Source: Lewinella sp. LCG006
GTDB lineage: Bacteria > Bacteroidota > Bacteroidia > Chitinophagales > Saprospiraceae
Direction of reading: 5' to 3'
Assembly: GCF_040784935.1 (NCBI RefSeq)
Contig: NZ_CP160680.1
Coordinates: 4,723,802-4,755,801 of the forward strand
DNA: 32,000 nt
In this document: one piece after another, positions 1-8,724 of the stretch
How positions within the stretch are numbered: the first letter of the stretch is position 1
Layout of the letters: each line of letters begins with the position of its first letter
Translations under genes and position numbers: made by a program
The notes under the pieces: generated by a model
Told to the model about the DNA's origin: nothing
What the model saw: the letters and a program-made list of their open reading frames with translations, nothing else
Databases searched by the model: none

Positions 1-169
1 ATTGGTCAAGTTAGGGGTTTATAGTCCCCAAGGCAGGATTATGAACTGGAGGAAGGTAGCCTATCGCTGAATGTAAAGTCCCTTTACCCTCTACCTCAAT
101 GGGCGATGGAATCGCTCCGCACCTCTCTACAACTTTCGCCTTTTGCCCATAGCCCCGTTATAAATGCTG

Positions 170-1570
170 CTATTCCAACTGCCTCAGCAGCCACTTTTTT
201 TCAGCAATAATGGCTACTCCGCTGATTTCCTCCTGTAGTTGAAGCCGTCTTTGCTTGTCGGCAAGAGGTAAGTCCATGATCTTCTTGAGGTATTTGATTG
301 TGTTGAGATAGTTCTTTTTGTGGCTGGCCAAAATTTTCTTCCGGTGGAGAAACGTTTGCATGGCGTCCAGGTGCGAGGAGAGTAAATCGAAAGCATCCAA
401 TTCGTAATAAATCTTCATGGCGATCGTCTTGGCAGCAATATTCAGCAACAAGTCGGTGAAATTGGTTTTGTTGAGCAATGCCAATGCCTCTTCGTAGTTT
501 TTTTGCTCATACTCCAACCACGCCAGATTGAAAGAATAGCTGTTTTCCTGGTGCTTGGGCTCCAATCTGGATTTATAGTCCTGAACAAATTCTGCGGCCC
601 ACCGAAAGTCTTTGGTGACAATGGCCTTGGCCACAATATTGCTGTAGGTGAAGTTGGAAAGCACCCCATTGCGGAGGAGGATATCGTTTTTTAGACCTTC
701 TTTGTAAATATCCAATCCTTCCTTGGCAAAATGATGGCGACCTCGATTCAGCTGTTTAATACAATAATTGGCAGCCAGCAAAAACAGGTCTCGTATTTCA
801 TCTTTAGGGAATTGCTCCTGGTGGGCAAAAATCAGTGCCTTGAACTGACTAAAATGATCATGATCTTCCTCGGTCGTAAGGGCTTTGTAGACGTGGTAGT
901 AGATAGAAATGGCAGGGTACTTTAGATAGGCATGATCCTCGATGTAGTGGATCACGGCATTGAGCATGCCAAAATCATACTCTTTTTTGTAGATCGCCTG
1001 GTGGGAAAGGATCAAACAGCTCTGCCGCAGCTTGGCGGCCAGATAGGAAATGTCCAGGTTTTCTTGCACCTCTTCCAGTTGCAAGCCTTCCATTCGGTTT
1101 TGCTCCGCATTGAAATGGTACTGTTCCAGGTAAAAGGAATAGCGATTTTGGTAGTATTCGGCATGACGAAGCGCCTGATCCTCTTGCATTCGCTGAACTT
1201 CGGTAATGGTTTTTACAAAATGGCGGTTTAAGCCCAGTTGTCGGTAGGCCTGACTCAATTTTAGCTTTACATTTACCTGGTCTTCGTTGGTTTTTTGCCA
1301 GACGAGGTATTGCTCCATGGCCTTTAGCAACAAGCTCATACTGAGTCGGAGCTTGTGGTCATCATAGGGTAAGTCTGGCCAGATAAAAGCAAAGGCTTTC
1401 CTCCGATCAGGGGTGCGCTCGCCACGCTTTTGCTCCTGCACTAAAAAGGCATAAAGCTGTACGACATGCTCCCTTTGATTAACAAAAGGGGAGGCAACAA
1501 ACTTCCTTAATTCCTTGATGTCCTGCTGATCCAGGGCAGAAAACACTTCAAAAAGGCGACTCTTGTGCAT
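170..1570 (-). CDS. hypothetical cytoplasmic alpha-helical repeat protein (466 aa), family not recognised
   Basis: Uninterrupted 466-codon ORF with ATG at 1570 and TAG at 172..170. No signal peptide. The composition is amphipathic-helix-rich throughout (e.g. NYEEALALLNKT, AAKTIAMKIYYELDAF), suggesting TPR-like helical pairs. An exact TAnnTTTG box lies 20 nt upstream. The ORFs on the opposite strand inside it are short and compositionally poor. Confidence 0.7.
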   Translation of the reverse strand: MHKSRLFEVFSALDQQDIKELRKFVASPFVNQREHVVQLYAFLVQEQKRGERTPDRRKAFAFIWPDLPYDDHKLRLSMSLLLKAMEQYLVWQKTNEDQVNVKLKLSQAYRQLGLNRHFVKTITEVQRMQEDQALRHAEYYQNRYSFYLEQYHFNAEQNRMEGLQLEEVQENLDISYLAAKLRQSCLILSHQAIYKKEYDFGMLNAVIHYIEDHAYLKYPAISIYYHVYKALTTEEDHDHFSQFKALIFAHQEQFPKDEIRDLFLLAANYCIKQLNRGRHHFAKEGLDIYKEGLKNDILLRNGVLSNFTYSNIVAKAIVTKDFRWAAEFVQDYKSRLEPKHQENSYSFNLAWLEYEQKNYEEALALLNKTNFTDLLLNIAAKTIAMKIYYELDAFDLLSSHLDAMQTFLHRKKILASHKKNYLNTIKYLKKIMDLPLADKQRRLQLQEEISGVAIIAEKKWLLRQLE

Positions 1571-1590
1571 TTTTTGTAAAATAATTGAGA

Positions 1591-1598
1591 CAAAAATA
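1591..1598 (-). promoter_or_regulatory. candidate Bacteroidota -7 promoter box (TAnnTTTG) for the 170..1570 gene
   Basis: The minus strand reads TATTTTTG (plus strand caaaaata), 20 nt upstream of the ATG, inside the very AT-rich divergent intergenic region 1571..1734. I found no clear -33 TTG. Confidence 0.35.
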
Positions 1599-1734
1599 TA
1601 ATTTAAAATATTGATAATGAGGTTTTTATTTTTTAATTGTAATTTTTATTTGATGCAAATTAAGAAAAACGTAATTGAAAAGAGAGTATAGGAGTGGCAC
1701 CTTTGTAGAGAACAAAAACAAATCCTTGTGAGCT

Positions 1735-4590
1735 ATGAAAAATAAGTTGAACAAATACGTGCTTTTGCTGCTGCCTTTCCTGTTTTTAGGAACCTTCCTT
1801 AAGGGGCAGGGATGGGAGCGAATTTATTTCCCTCCTGGAGGGGGAGCAGACTATTCCTACTCTGCGGCCAACCAGGTTTTTCTGGAAGATGATGGCAGTT
1901 ACTTGTTTGCTGCCTCGGTACAAAATGAACCGAAATTTCTGTTTACCGACAGCGACGGTATTATCACCAATCTTGTTGATGTGCCTTTCGGGGGTGGCGG
2001 GATTATTCGGAGTACCGATGGTAATTTTGTTTACGGTGCACGCTTGGGAGGTTCTCCCCCTCCTGAGGAAGACGTTCTGATCCGGAAATTTGATGCGACG
2101 GGTGCCATCCTATGGACCTACCGCCCACCAGGGTATCTGTTTGGCAACGAAACCGTCACGGACTTACTGCAAAGTACAGATGGCGACTACGTCTATGTAG
2201 GGGCACAGGGTAGTACCTCCAATGGTGATGTGCATCCTTACATCGCTAAAATAACAGAGGCTGGAAATGTCCTTTGGAAAACGGTGGGGCCTACTTTGCC
2301 CGAGAACAATATTTATGATTACTCGGTATTAGAAACGGCAGATGGTGGCTTCTTTTCGATAGCATCTTCCAACTGGTTTACCGTCAATAATCCGATCATA
2401 ACGAATGCCAGAAAGGTAGATGTAAATGGAAATGTTCTGTGGATGGGCACCTTGGACACGGATGTTCAAGTAAAGCATGCCGTTAATGCCGCAGATGGCA
2501 ACATCGTTTTGCTGGGGCGGAATATGGACTATGACTATGTTTTGCTTAAGATCGACGATATGGGGAATACGATTTGGCAACAAGTACTTCCAGCGGCTGA
2601 TTACCCCTTTGGTTATACGACTTCCTTGATACTGACGAGTGATAATGGTTTTGCCTTTTTGGGCAATACCCAGGTCGCAGAAGAAGATATTTACCTCGTA
2701 AAAACCGATGAAAATGGCAACGTCCAGTGGCAGCAATCCTACGGTGGCGCATTTGGTGACAATGGCCTGGACCTCAAGCAGACGCCCGACGGCGGCTATA
2801 TCATTGCGGGTGGCGCCAACCGCATGGGCGAAGACCAAAGTTTGTACATCATCAAAACCGATGAGCTGGGGAGTTCCCTGGCCAACTTTATCTACGGGCA
2901 GGTAAAATATGATCTCGACGAAGACTGTATCGCTACTTCCGCTGAGCAAGGCTTGGAAAACTGGATCGTTGCCGCAGCGGGGAGCACTGGCACTTTCTAC
3001 GCGGCAGCGGATGCGGAAGGCCAATACCGAATAGAAGTTACGCCCGACGATTACGAAGTGTCGCTCACGGTGGCTAATGATTACTGGACGAGCTGCGCCA
3101 ACGATGTAATGGTAACGGTGGTAGATAGTAGCGAGGTAGACTTTGCGGTACAGAGCATTGAGCAGTGCCCACTGATGGAAGTACAGGTCAATAACTACGG
3201 TTTTCGCTTGTGCGAGCAGTCGACAATCAATGTCTTTTGTGCTAATCAAGGGACGGAACTGGCCGAAGATGTCTACGTCGAGGTTACGCTGGCGGATAGT
3301 TTGACCTTACTGAGTGCCACCGTGCCTTATACCCTCATTGGCGGGAATACCTATTCTTTTGAGGTCGGTGATATGGACTTTTTGACCTCGACAACCTTCT
3401 CCATTGCGGTGCAGGTAGGTTGTTCGATTGAATTACTGGGGCAATCCCTCTGTGTAGAAGCGCTCATTTTTCCTGATACAAGCTGCTTGCCGGTCAATCC
3501 GTTGTGGTCAGGTGCCAGCATCGAGTTGTCAGCTGCTTGCAATGGCAATGAGGTAGAGCTGAAGATAGAAAATGTTGGCGAAGCAGCCATGCTGGAAGCG
3601 CTGCAATACACGGTAATCGAAGACCATGTAATCATGTTGCAGGGACAACCCTACGGGCCATTGGAACCAGGAGAGTCGGTTGTAATTCCTCGGGTTGCCG
3701 ACGGGAGCTTCTACCGAATAGAGAGCCCACAAGTCGCTAACCATCCCGGAATGTCGATGCCCAGTGCCTTCATTGAAGCTTGCGGAACGGGAGAGAATGG
3801 AGAAGTAAGCCTGGGCTATGTGAACCAATACCCCGTTGATGATGAAGATTATTTTGTGGCCCTGACTTGCACAGAAGTCCTGGCAGCCTATGATCCCAAC
3901 ATCAAGCAGGCTTACCCCATCGGCTATGATATCGATCATTTTGTGAAACCGAATACCGATATTGATTACGTGATCAAGTTCCAGAATACTGGAACGGCGC
4001 AAGCCAACCAGGTCATCATTGTAGACCGCCTTTCGGAGCATCTTGACCCTGCGACGATCAAGCCCGGCAATAGCAGTCACCCTTACGACTTTGAGCTACT
4101 CGGCGAAGGGATTGCTCGCTTCACGTTCAACAATATCGCCTTGCCCGACAGTACTACCAATGAGCCCGCCTCTCACGGTTACGTAAGGTTCTCGATTGAG
4201 CAACAGAAAGATTTGCCGATGGATACGCGGATCGAAAATTCAGCGGCCATCTATTTTGATTTCAACCCGGCGATCATTACCAACACCACTTTCCATACCA
4301 TCGGTGAAGGTTTCATCATGGTAGAAGTGGGAGAGGTGTTGTCGCCTTTAGCAGCCGTCAAAGCCTACCCGAATCCGTTCACGACCATGACAACCCTTGA
4401 GGTAGTAGGCGAAGATCTTGGGCTACTGCAGCTCGTCCTCTTCGATGCCACGGGTAAGCTGGTACGTAAAGAGCAGTTTACGGGTAGCAAGCACCAGCTA
4501 GATCGTAAAAACCTGCTGGGGGGTATTTACTTCTATCAGATTAGCAACAATAAAGGGGTGCTAAACACTGGAAAATTAATAGTTCATTGA
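1735..4590 (+). CDS. secreted T9SS cargo protein (951 aa) with N-terminal beta-propeller-like repeats and a T9SS C-terminal sorting domain
   Basis: Signal peptide MKNKLNKYVLLLLPFLFLGTFLKGQG. About 400 aa of repeats pair a G-N-x-x-W motif (EAGNVLWKTVG, VNGNVLWMGTL, DMGNTIWQQVL, ENGNVQWQQSYGG) with a D-G-G/N-aromatic strand (TADGGFF, AADGNIVLLG, TPDGGYIIAG). A conserved Bacteroidota module follows: YDPNIK..DYVIKFQNTGTAQANQVIIVDRL..HGYVRFSI. The C-terminus KAYPNPF..GIYFYQI..GKLIVH is typical of the T9SS type A CTD. Confidence 0.9.
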   Translation: MKNKLNKYVLLLLPFLFLGTFLKGQGWERIYFPPGGGADYSYSAANQVFLEDDGSYLFAASVQNEPKFLFTDSDGIITNLVDVPFGGGGIIRSTDGNFVYGARLGGSPPPEEDVLIRKFDATGAILWTYRPPGYLFGNETVTDLLQSTDGDYVYVGAQGSTSNGDVHPYIAKITEAGNVLWKTVGPTLPENNIYDYSVLETADGGFFSIASSNWFTVNNPIITNARKVDVNGNVLWMGTLDTDVQVKHAVNAADGNIVLLGRNMDYDYVLLKIDDMGNTIWQQVLPAADYPFGYTTSLILTSDNGFAFLGNTQVAEEDIYLVKTDENGNVQWQQSYGGAFGDNGLDLKQTPDGGYIIAGGANRMGEDQSLYIIKTDELGSSLANFIYGQVKYDLDEDCIATSAEQGLENWIVAAAGSTGTFYAAADAEGQYRIEVTPDDYEVSLTVANDYWTSCANDVMVTVVDSSEVDFAVQSIEQCPLMEVQVNNYGFRLCEQSTINVFCANQGTELAEDVYVEVTLADSLTLLSATVPYTLIGGNTYSFEVGDMDFLTSTTFSIAVQVGCSIELLGQSLCVEALIFPDTSCLPVNPLWSGASIELSAACNGNEVELKIENVGEAAMLEALQYTVIEDHVIMLQGQPYGPLEPGESVVIPRVADGSFYRIESPQVANHPGMSMPSAFIEACGTGENGEVSLGYVNQYPVDDEDYFVALTCTEVLAAYDPNIKQAYPIGYDIDHFVKPNTDIDYVIKFQNTGTAQANQVIIVDRLSEHLDPATIKPGNSSHPYDFELLGEGIARFTFNNIALPDSTTNEPASHGYVRFSIEQQKDLPMDTRIENSAAIYFDFNPAIITNTTFHTIGEGFIMVEVGEVLSPLAAVKAYPNPFTTMTTLEVVGEDLGLLQLVLFDATGKLVRKEQFTGSKHQLDRKNLLGGIYFYQISNNKGVLNTGKLIVH

Positions 4591-4644
4591 TCAATGAACC
4601 TGGGTTCGCTTTAACAAAATCATTTGTTAATAATTGTGCGTTTG

Positions 4645-4669
4645 GGATACTGTACCTGCTACAGTATCC
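4645..4669 (+). terminator. intrinsic terminator-like hairpin after the 951-aa gene
   Basis: A perfect 10-bp stem, GGATACTGTA (4645..4654) with TACAGTATCC (4660..4669), closes a 5-nt loop. It starts 55 nt after the stop codon and is followed by the T-rich stretch taaacgcttttctttgg. Confidence 0.6.
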
Positions 4670-4740
4670 TAAACGCTTTTCTTTGGCACAGTTTTGGTTT
4701 TACAAGAGGTAAACACTATAAATTATTCAAAGAACCTCTT

Positions 4741-5250
4741 ATGAAATCAATTTTGATGTACGCAGCACTGTTGTTACTTGCTCTTGGAAGCCTATCTGCG
4801 GTACCTTCTCCCTCTGCCAACTACTTCGTGATTGAAGGCATGCAAGTAGAATGGGCCTACGAAGGTGATTTACTGACGTTCAAGTTGCACTCTCCTTACC
4901 AGGGTTGGGTCGGACTGGGCTTCAATACCAGTAATGATGTCGTGAATTCCAATCTGGTAATGGGGGCTGTAGCCGAAACGGGCACTGAGATGGAGGAGTT
5001 TTTCGTGGTAGGTTTTGGCAACCCTCAGCCCGTGAAAAGCCTGGGAGGACAAGTGGCTGTGAAGAACTATCAGGGTGCAGAAGATGCCAAGGGAACTTCT
5101 TTTCAGTTTTCCATTGATACCAGCATTCAGGACGACTTTCATTACGACCTCACTGAAGGGCAAAAAGTGTGGCTCATCTGCTCCTACAGTATGGAAGACG
5201 ATTTTGGCCATCATTCTATCATGCGGCGGCATTTAGAGATCAGTCTTTAA
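4741..5250 (+). CDS. secreted DOMON-domain-like protein (169 aa)
   Basis: I start the gene at the internal ATG at 4741, which gives a clean signal peptide (MKSILMYAALLLLALGSLSA). The 39 codons upstream in the ORF track look non-coding. The motif SPYQGWVGLGFN..NSNLVMGAV resembles the DOMON beta-sandwich core. The assignment is by eye only. Confidence 0.7.
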   Translation: MKSILMYAALLLLALGSLSAVPSPSANYFVIEGMQVEWAYEGDLLTFKLHSPYQGWVGLGFNTSNDVVNSNLVMGAVAETGTEMEEFFVVGFGNPQPVKSLGGQVAVKNYQGAEDAKGTSFQFSIDTSIQDDFHYDLTEGQKVWLICSYSMEDDFGHHSIMRRHLEISL

Positions 5251-5351
5251 TTTGGTTGGAATTGTGTAAAGGTGTAACGGCTTGGTTAGGGCTTTTGTGG
5301 TTAAAAATAAACTGTTTACGGCCAATATTGTTAGGTTGAAAAACTTGCAAT

Positions 5352-5519
5352 ATGGGCCTTTACGCGAAATCGGTGTGGATATTTACCCTTGCATTTTTAG
5401 CCTTTGCCCTGGTGTTTTTGTTTCCGTCTCCAGTCTTGATCGGAGTGATGCTCATCTTCGTTTCTTGCCTCGCCATTGTACAAACCTGGGTGATATTACG
5501 AGATGATACTACCGAGTGA
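5352..5519 (+). CDS. possible small membrane protein (55 aa, two predicted TM helices)
   Basis: ATG at 5352 and TGA at 5517..5519. Translation: MGLYAKSVWIFTLAFLAFALVFLFPSPVLIGVMLIFVSCLAIVQTWVILRDDTTE. This gives two hydrophobic stretches and a charged tail. It falls below the 60-aa cutoff of the ORF track and looks far more protein-like than the overlapping 74-aa track ORF 5282..5506. Confidence 0.4.
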   Translation: MGLYAKSVWIFTLAFLAFALVFLFPSPVLIGVMLIFVSCLAIVQTWVILRDDTTE

Positions 5520-5622
5520 GATATAACGCTATGTGACTATGTGATAAAAAACTATCTGCCTATGATGTGGTAAGAAATCACCTACCCCAAAATGCGCCTT
5601 CTTTCCTGTGTAGTTTAGCGTT

Positions 5623-7086
5623 TTAGTGGCTATCCATTACCATCTCACTCATAATCTTGGCAGAGAGCAGACACAGCGGAATCCCCCCACCAGGATGCAC
5701 GCTACCGCCCACAAAAAACAGGTTGCTGATCCGGTGACTAAAGTTGGGGTGCCGCATAAACGCCGCCATTTTGCTGTTGGAGCTGGTACCGTAAAGTGAG
5801 CCGAGGTGGGAACCAGTTTTGGTTTGGATAACCGGCGGCGTCATGATCCATTCTTCCTCGATGAGGGGTTCGATATCTTCCCCGAGGATGTTGTTGATTT
5901 TAGCGATGGTGCGTTGTCTGGTTTGCTGTTGGAGCAGCTCCCAATCCTGGCCCGCATCACAGGGCGCGTTGATCATGACAAACCAGTTCTCGCAGCCCTC
6001 GGGGGCATCGCCGGGAACGAGGTGGCTGGTTTTGTTGATATAAACCGTAGGGTCTTCGTACATCTCTCCTCTTTCCATGGCCGCAAATTCGGCGGGATAA
6101 TCTTCACTAAAGAGGATGTTGTGGCAGTTGAGCTCTGGAAAGGTCTTTTTGATACCCCAGTAAAAAATGAGGGCGGAAGTCGATTTTTGTTGCGCCAGGA
6201 TACGCTCTGGTTGCCGTTGCTGCGGGAGCAATTCGCGATAAGTAAAGAACACGTCCATGTTGCTGACTACCTGGTCAAAAGGCTGCTCTTTGTCGCCGCT
6301 ACGTACGCCAGTAGCTGCACCATTGTCTACCAGTATTTCGTCCACTTTCGTGTTAAAATGAAACTTCACCCCCTGGCGGCGCGCCAATTCGTAGACGGAC
6401 TGACTGATGCTGTACATCCCCCCCTCCGGCAAAAACGCCCCAAAATGATGTTCAAAATGAGGGATGATCGTCAACAAACCGGGTGCTTTGTAGGGATTAG
6501 AGCCGTTGTAGGTCGCAAAACGGTTGAAGAGCTGCACCAGTTTAGGGTGCTGTAATTCCCGCCGGTGTACCGCATCCATCGACCGGAACAAGTCCAGTTG
6601 AGGAATTTTGAGCATGGCTTTCAGCACCTCCAAATTAGTCCAGGTACTCAGTTTGTGCAGACTCTTTTCCAAGAAGGTGCGGCCTGAGATTTGGTACTTA
6701 CGTTCTGCATCGGAAAGCATTTGCAGCACACGACTCGCTGGGATATCCAGTACATTTTCTACCTCTTCTGCGAACTCTTCCTTGGCGGCGTGCGCGTGAA
6801 TGCGGGTGCCATCTTCCCAGAAATAATGGCAGACGACGGGCAGTCGCTCGTAGGAAAAATAATCCTTGGGGTTTTCGCCCGCCAGTTCAAAAAGCTCGTC
6901 GACATACTGCGGCATGGTAAACAAAGAAGGCCCCAAATCAAAACGATAATCGCCCAAGGAAAATTCAGAAAGCTTTCCTCCGGGCCCCTCCGCCGCCTCA
7001 AAAACTTCTACTTGGTGTCCCTGAACAGCCAACCTTACGGCGGCGGCGAGTCCGGCGATCCCGGCTCCAATGATAGCAGTACGCAA
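5623..7086 (-). CDS. FAD-dependent phytoene desaturase-family oxidoreductase, CrtD-like (carotenoid 3,4-desaturase type), 487 aa
   Basis: The N-terminal Rossmann motif IIGAGIAGLAAAVRLA..VEVFEA..GPGGK and the GPSLFTMP motif resemble the CrtD-like branch (canonical CrtI has GPSWYWMP). The C-terminal FVGGSVHPGGGIP motif is typical of the CrtI family. The start is TTG at 7086: an in-frame TAG lies two codons upstream and the GxGxxG begins at residue 7. Confidence 0.85.
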   Translation of the reverse strand: MRTAIIGAGIAGLAAAVRLAVQGHQVEVFEAAEGPGGKLSEFSLGDYRFDLGPSLFTMPQYVDELFELAGENPKDYFSYERLPVVCHYFWEDGTRIHAHAAKEEFAEEVENVLDIPASRVLQMLSDAERKYQISGRTFLEKSLHKLSTWTNLEVLKAMLKIPQLDLFRSMDAVHRRELQHPKLVQLFNRFATYNGSNPYKAPGLLTIIPHFEHHFGAFLPEGGMYSISQSVYELARRQGVKFHFNTKVDEILVDNGAATGVRSGDKEQPFDQVVSNMDVFFTYRELLPQQRQPERILAQQKSTSALIFYWGIKKTFPELNCHNILFSEDYPAEFAAMERGEMYEDPTVYINKTSHLVPGDAPEGCENWFVMINAPCDAGQDWELLQQQTRQRTIAKINNILGEDIEPLIEEEWIMTPPVIQTKTGSHLGSLYGTSSNSKMAAFMRHPNFSHRISNLFFVGGSVHPGGGIPLCLLSAKIMSEMVMDSH

Positions 7087-7121
7087 AAGCTATTTGTTTT
7101 GATGAATGATGTATAGCTTAA

Positions 7122-7129
7122 CAAAAGTA
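7122..7129 (-). promoter_or_regulatory. candidate -7 promoter box (TAnnTTTG) for the desaturase gene
   Basis: The minus strand reads TACTTTTG (plus strand caaaagta), 35 nt upstream of the TTG start, in the 70-bp gap after the upstream gene's stop codon. Confidence 0.35.
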
Positions 7130-7156
7130 AGGGGGAGAGGTTTAGGGAGCACCTCA

Positions 7157-8506
7157 TCAAGGTAAAATATTAATCGTCAGAATTTCATAACTCTCCTCGG
7201 TACGAATCATGACTTGTATCAACCCCGGAAGGGGAGTGGCAATGGTGTGGGTGAAGGTTTGCTCTCCCGCAGAAAGCTCCCCAGCAAACACCTGTGCCAG
7301 ACGGCGACCCTCGATGCTGTACAGGGTAATGTCTACCTTTTGGGCTTTGGGGAGCTGAAAACGGATCTGTAGTTCTTGCTGCGTTGGATTGGGGAAAACG
7401 AGTGCTTTAAGTGGTTGCTTTGGCGGTGTATTCAGACTGGTATTCGTAACCTCTTCCGAGGTCATTTTGTAAATACGTTGCCCAATGGCATAACCTACCG
7501 TGCCTCCTGAAGCACTGGGGAGCAGCCGGATTTTATTGACAAACCCGCCAATGTTACGGGCAGCCCAGGATGCTCCGCCGTCCTGTGTTTCGTAGCCGCC
7601 GTTGTCGGTGCCTATCCAGCCGGTGTTGTCATCAATGAAGCCAATGCCAAATTCTTTTTGACTGTTATTCGTGAAGGGCATTTCTTCCCAGTTTATGCCG
7701 CCGTCCAGGGTTTTGGCAATATAGCGGTCAGCGTAATTTGGGGCATAATTGAGTAAGGTGACGTAAGCCGTCGACGCTGAAGGAAAGGCCGCCTTCCAGC
7801 AAAGTTCAAAGGTTCGCTGCCCAGTGTAAACCGGAGTCCAGGTAAGGCCGCCGTCGGTGGTACGAATGATTCGGGCTCGCGAAAGTTCGATGTTGCTACT
7901 GGTGCCGCCAAAAATGTAACCCTTTTCGGGGCTGGAGAAATAAATATCGGTAATCATCTGGATGTGAATAGCGAGGGAGGAACTCTGCCAGGTTTGGCCT
8001 CCATCGGAAGAGCGCATCCATAAGGCTGGGCCGCCCACTCTTCCTGCTGCTACGATGTGTTGATCATCAATGATCTGGATGGCACATAAGCCAGTGGGGG
8101 TTGGACCCGTAATTTGTGCCGAAGGTACGGGCTCCCAGTTGTCTCCACCGTCGCTAGTTTGATAGAGTGGTGTGAAGTCCGATACGCCGGGGAAATAATT
8201 GGGGCCAATATTGCCTAAAAATCCGTTGAGGCTGTCCCGGAAACCGATGCAGCGAAAATAGCTGCCAGCTTGATTCAACTGTTGGGTCCAGCTCGCTCCG
8301 CCGTCGTTCGTACGATACACGCGCCCGGAGCCATTGACCGACCAACCCAGTTGCTCATTGACAAAGAAAACATCGTCCTGCTTCTGGCCATTTTGGGGTG
8401 AATTGCTTAATAATTCCCAATCGAATTGGGCTTCTAAAGCTGGGATGGCAACAAGCATTCCCGCAAACAAACAAATGATGAATGGAAGTAATCGGAAGGA
8501 TTTCAT
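7157..8506 (-). CDS. secreted BNR/Asp-box beta-propeller protein (Ycf48/sialidase-like fold) with T9SS C-terminal domain, 449 aa
   Basis: Signal peptide MKSFRLLPFIICLFAGMLVAIPALEAQ. Six Asp-box-type motifs are present: TNDGGASW, TSDGGDNW, SSDGGQTW, TTDGGLTW, TLDGGINW, TQDGGASW. The C-terminus LVFPNPTQQELQIRF..LIQVMIRTEESYEILTINILP is a T9SS CTD. Confidence 0.85.
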   Translation of the reverse strand: MKSFRLLPFIICLFAGMLVAIPALEAQFDWELLSNSPQNGQKQDDVFFVNEQLGWSVNGSGRVYRTNDGGASWTQQLNQAGSYFRCIGFRDSLNGFLGNIGPNYFPGVSDFTPLYQTSDGGDNWEPVPSAQITGPTPTGLCAIQIIDDQHIVAAGRVGGPALWMRSSDGGQTWQSSSLAIHIQMITDIYFSSPEKGYIFGGTSSNIELSRARIIRTTDGGLTWTPVYTGQRTFELCWKAAFPSASTAYVTLLNYAPNYADRYIAKTLDGGINWEEMPFTNNSQKEFGIGFIDDNTGWIGTDNGGYETQDGGASWAARNIGGFVNKIRLLPSASGGTVGYAIGQRIYKMTSEEVTNTSLNTPPKQPLKALVFPNPTQQELQIRFQLPKAQKVDITLYSIEGRRLAQVFAGELSAGEQTFTHTIATPLPGLIQVMIRTEESYEILTINILP

Positions 8507-8724
8507 AGTAAAGGTTTATGTAAGAATGATTGTGCTTACAAACCTATGCTCCTTCTCTTAATGAGGTTTAGAAAGGAAAATGAAACTTCCTTAAAGAAAA
8601 CTAAAAGTGATTGCGCGCGTCGACAAACCCAATTATCTTTAGGCCATACCCGGCAATAAGCAACGGGTATTTCCCCTTCGGGACTACCAAAAGGGCCTGT
8701 AGTTGCCCGTATCCATTCTTACAA

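Noticed and set aside
1-169. Possible 3' end of a plus-strand gene (frame 2 stays open to a TGA near position 70)
   Set aside because: Only about 22 codons are visible and they carry no recognisable motif. A feature cannot be supported from this fragment.
2329-3249. 306-aa ORF antisense to the 951-aa T9SS cargo gene, plus the other 60-183-aa ORFs inside 1889..4080
   Set aside because: These ORFs lie entirely inside a far better supported gene on the opposite strand or in another frame. They have no start context and no recognisable motif, and their composition is skewed (R/I/V-rich), as expected for shadow ORFs.
5282-5506. 74-aa track ORF between the DOMON gene and the desaturase
   Set aside because: The translation has no protein-like character. 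The overlapping 55-codon frame (5352..5519) encodes a clean two-helix peptide and is the better candidate.
5806-6555. 249-aa ORF antisense to the CrtD-like desaturase, plus 5819..6043, 6608..7116 and 6759..7001
   Set aside because: These are shadow ORFs of a gene with clear FAD-binding and CrtI-family motifs. They carry no motifs of their own.
8641-8698. Small three-stem fold (5-, 7- and 4-bp stems) in the leader of the 8725 kinase gene
   Set aside because: The stems are short, there is no second copy or recognisable riboswitch core, and the fold is at chance level without comparative data.
8611-8724. N-terminal extensions in the ORF track: TTG at 8611 for the kinase, 4624..4740 for the DOMON gene, and 30389..30484 for the reductase
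   Set aside because: In each case an internal ATG gives the expected N-terminus: a TM helix, a signal peptide, or the Rossmann motif at residue ~7. The extra codons look non-coding.
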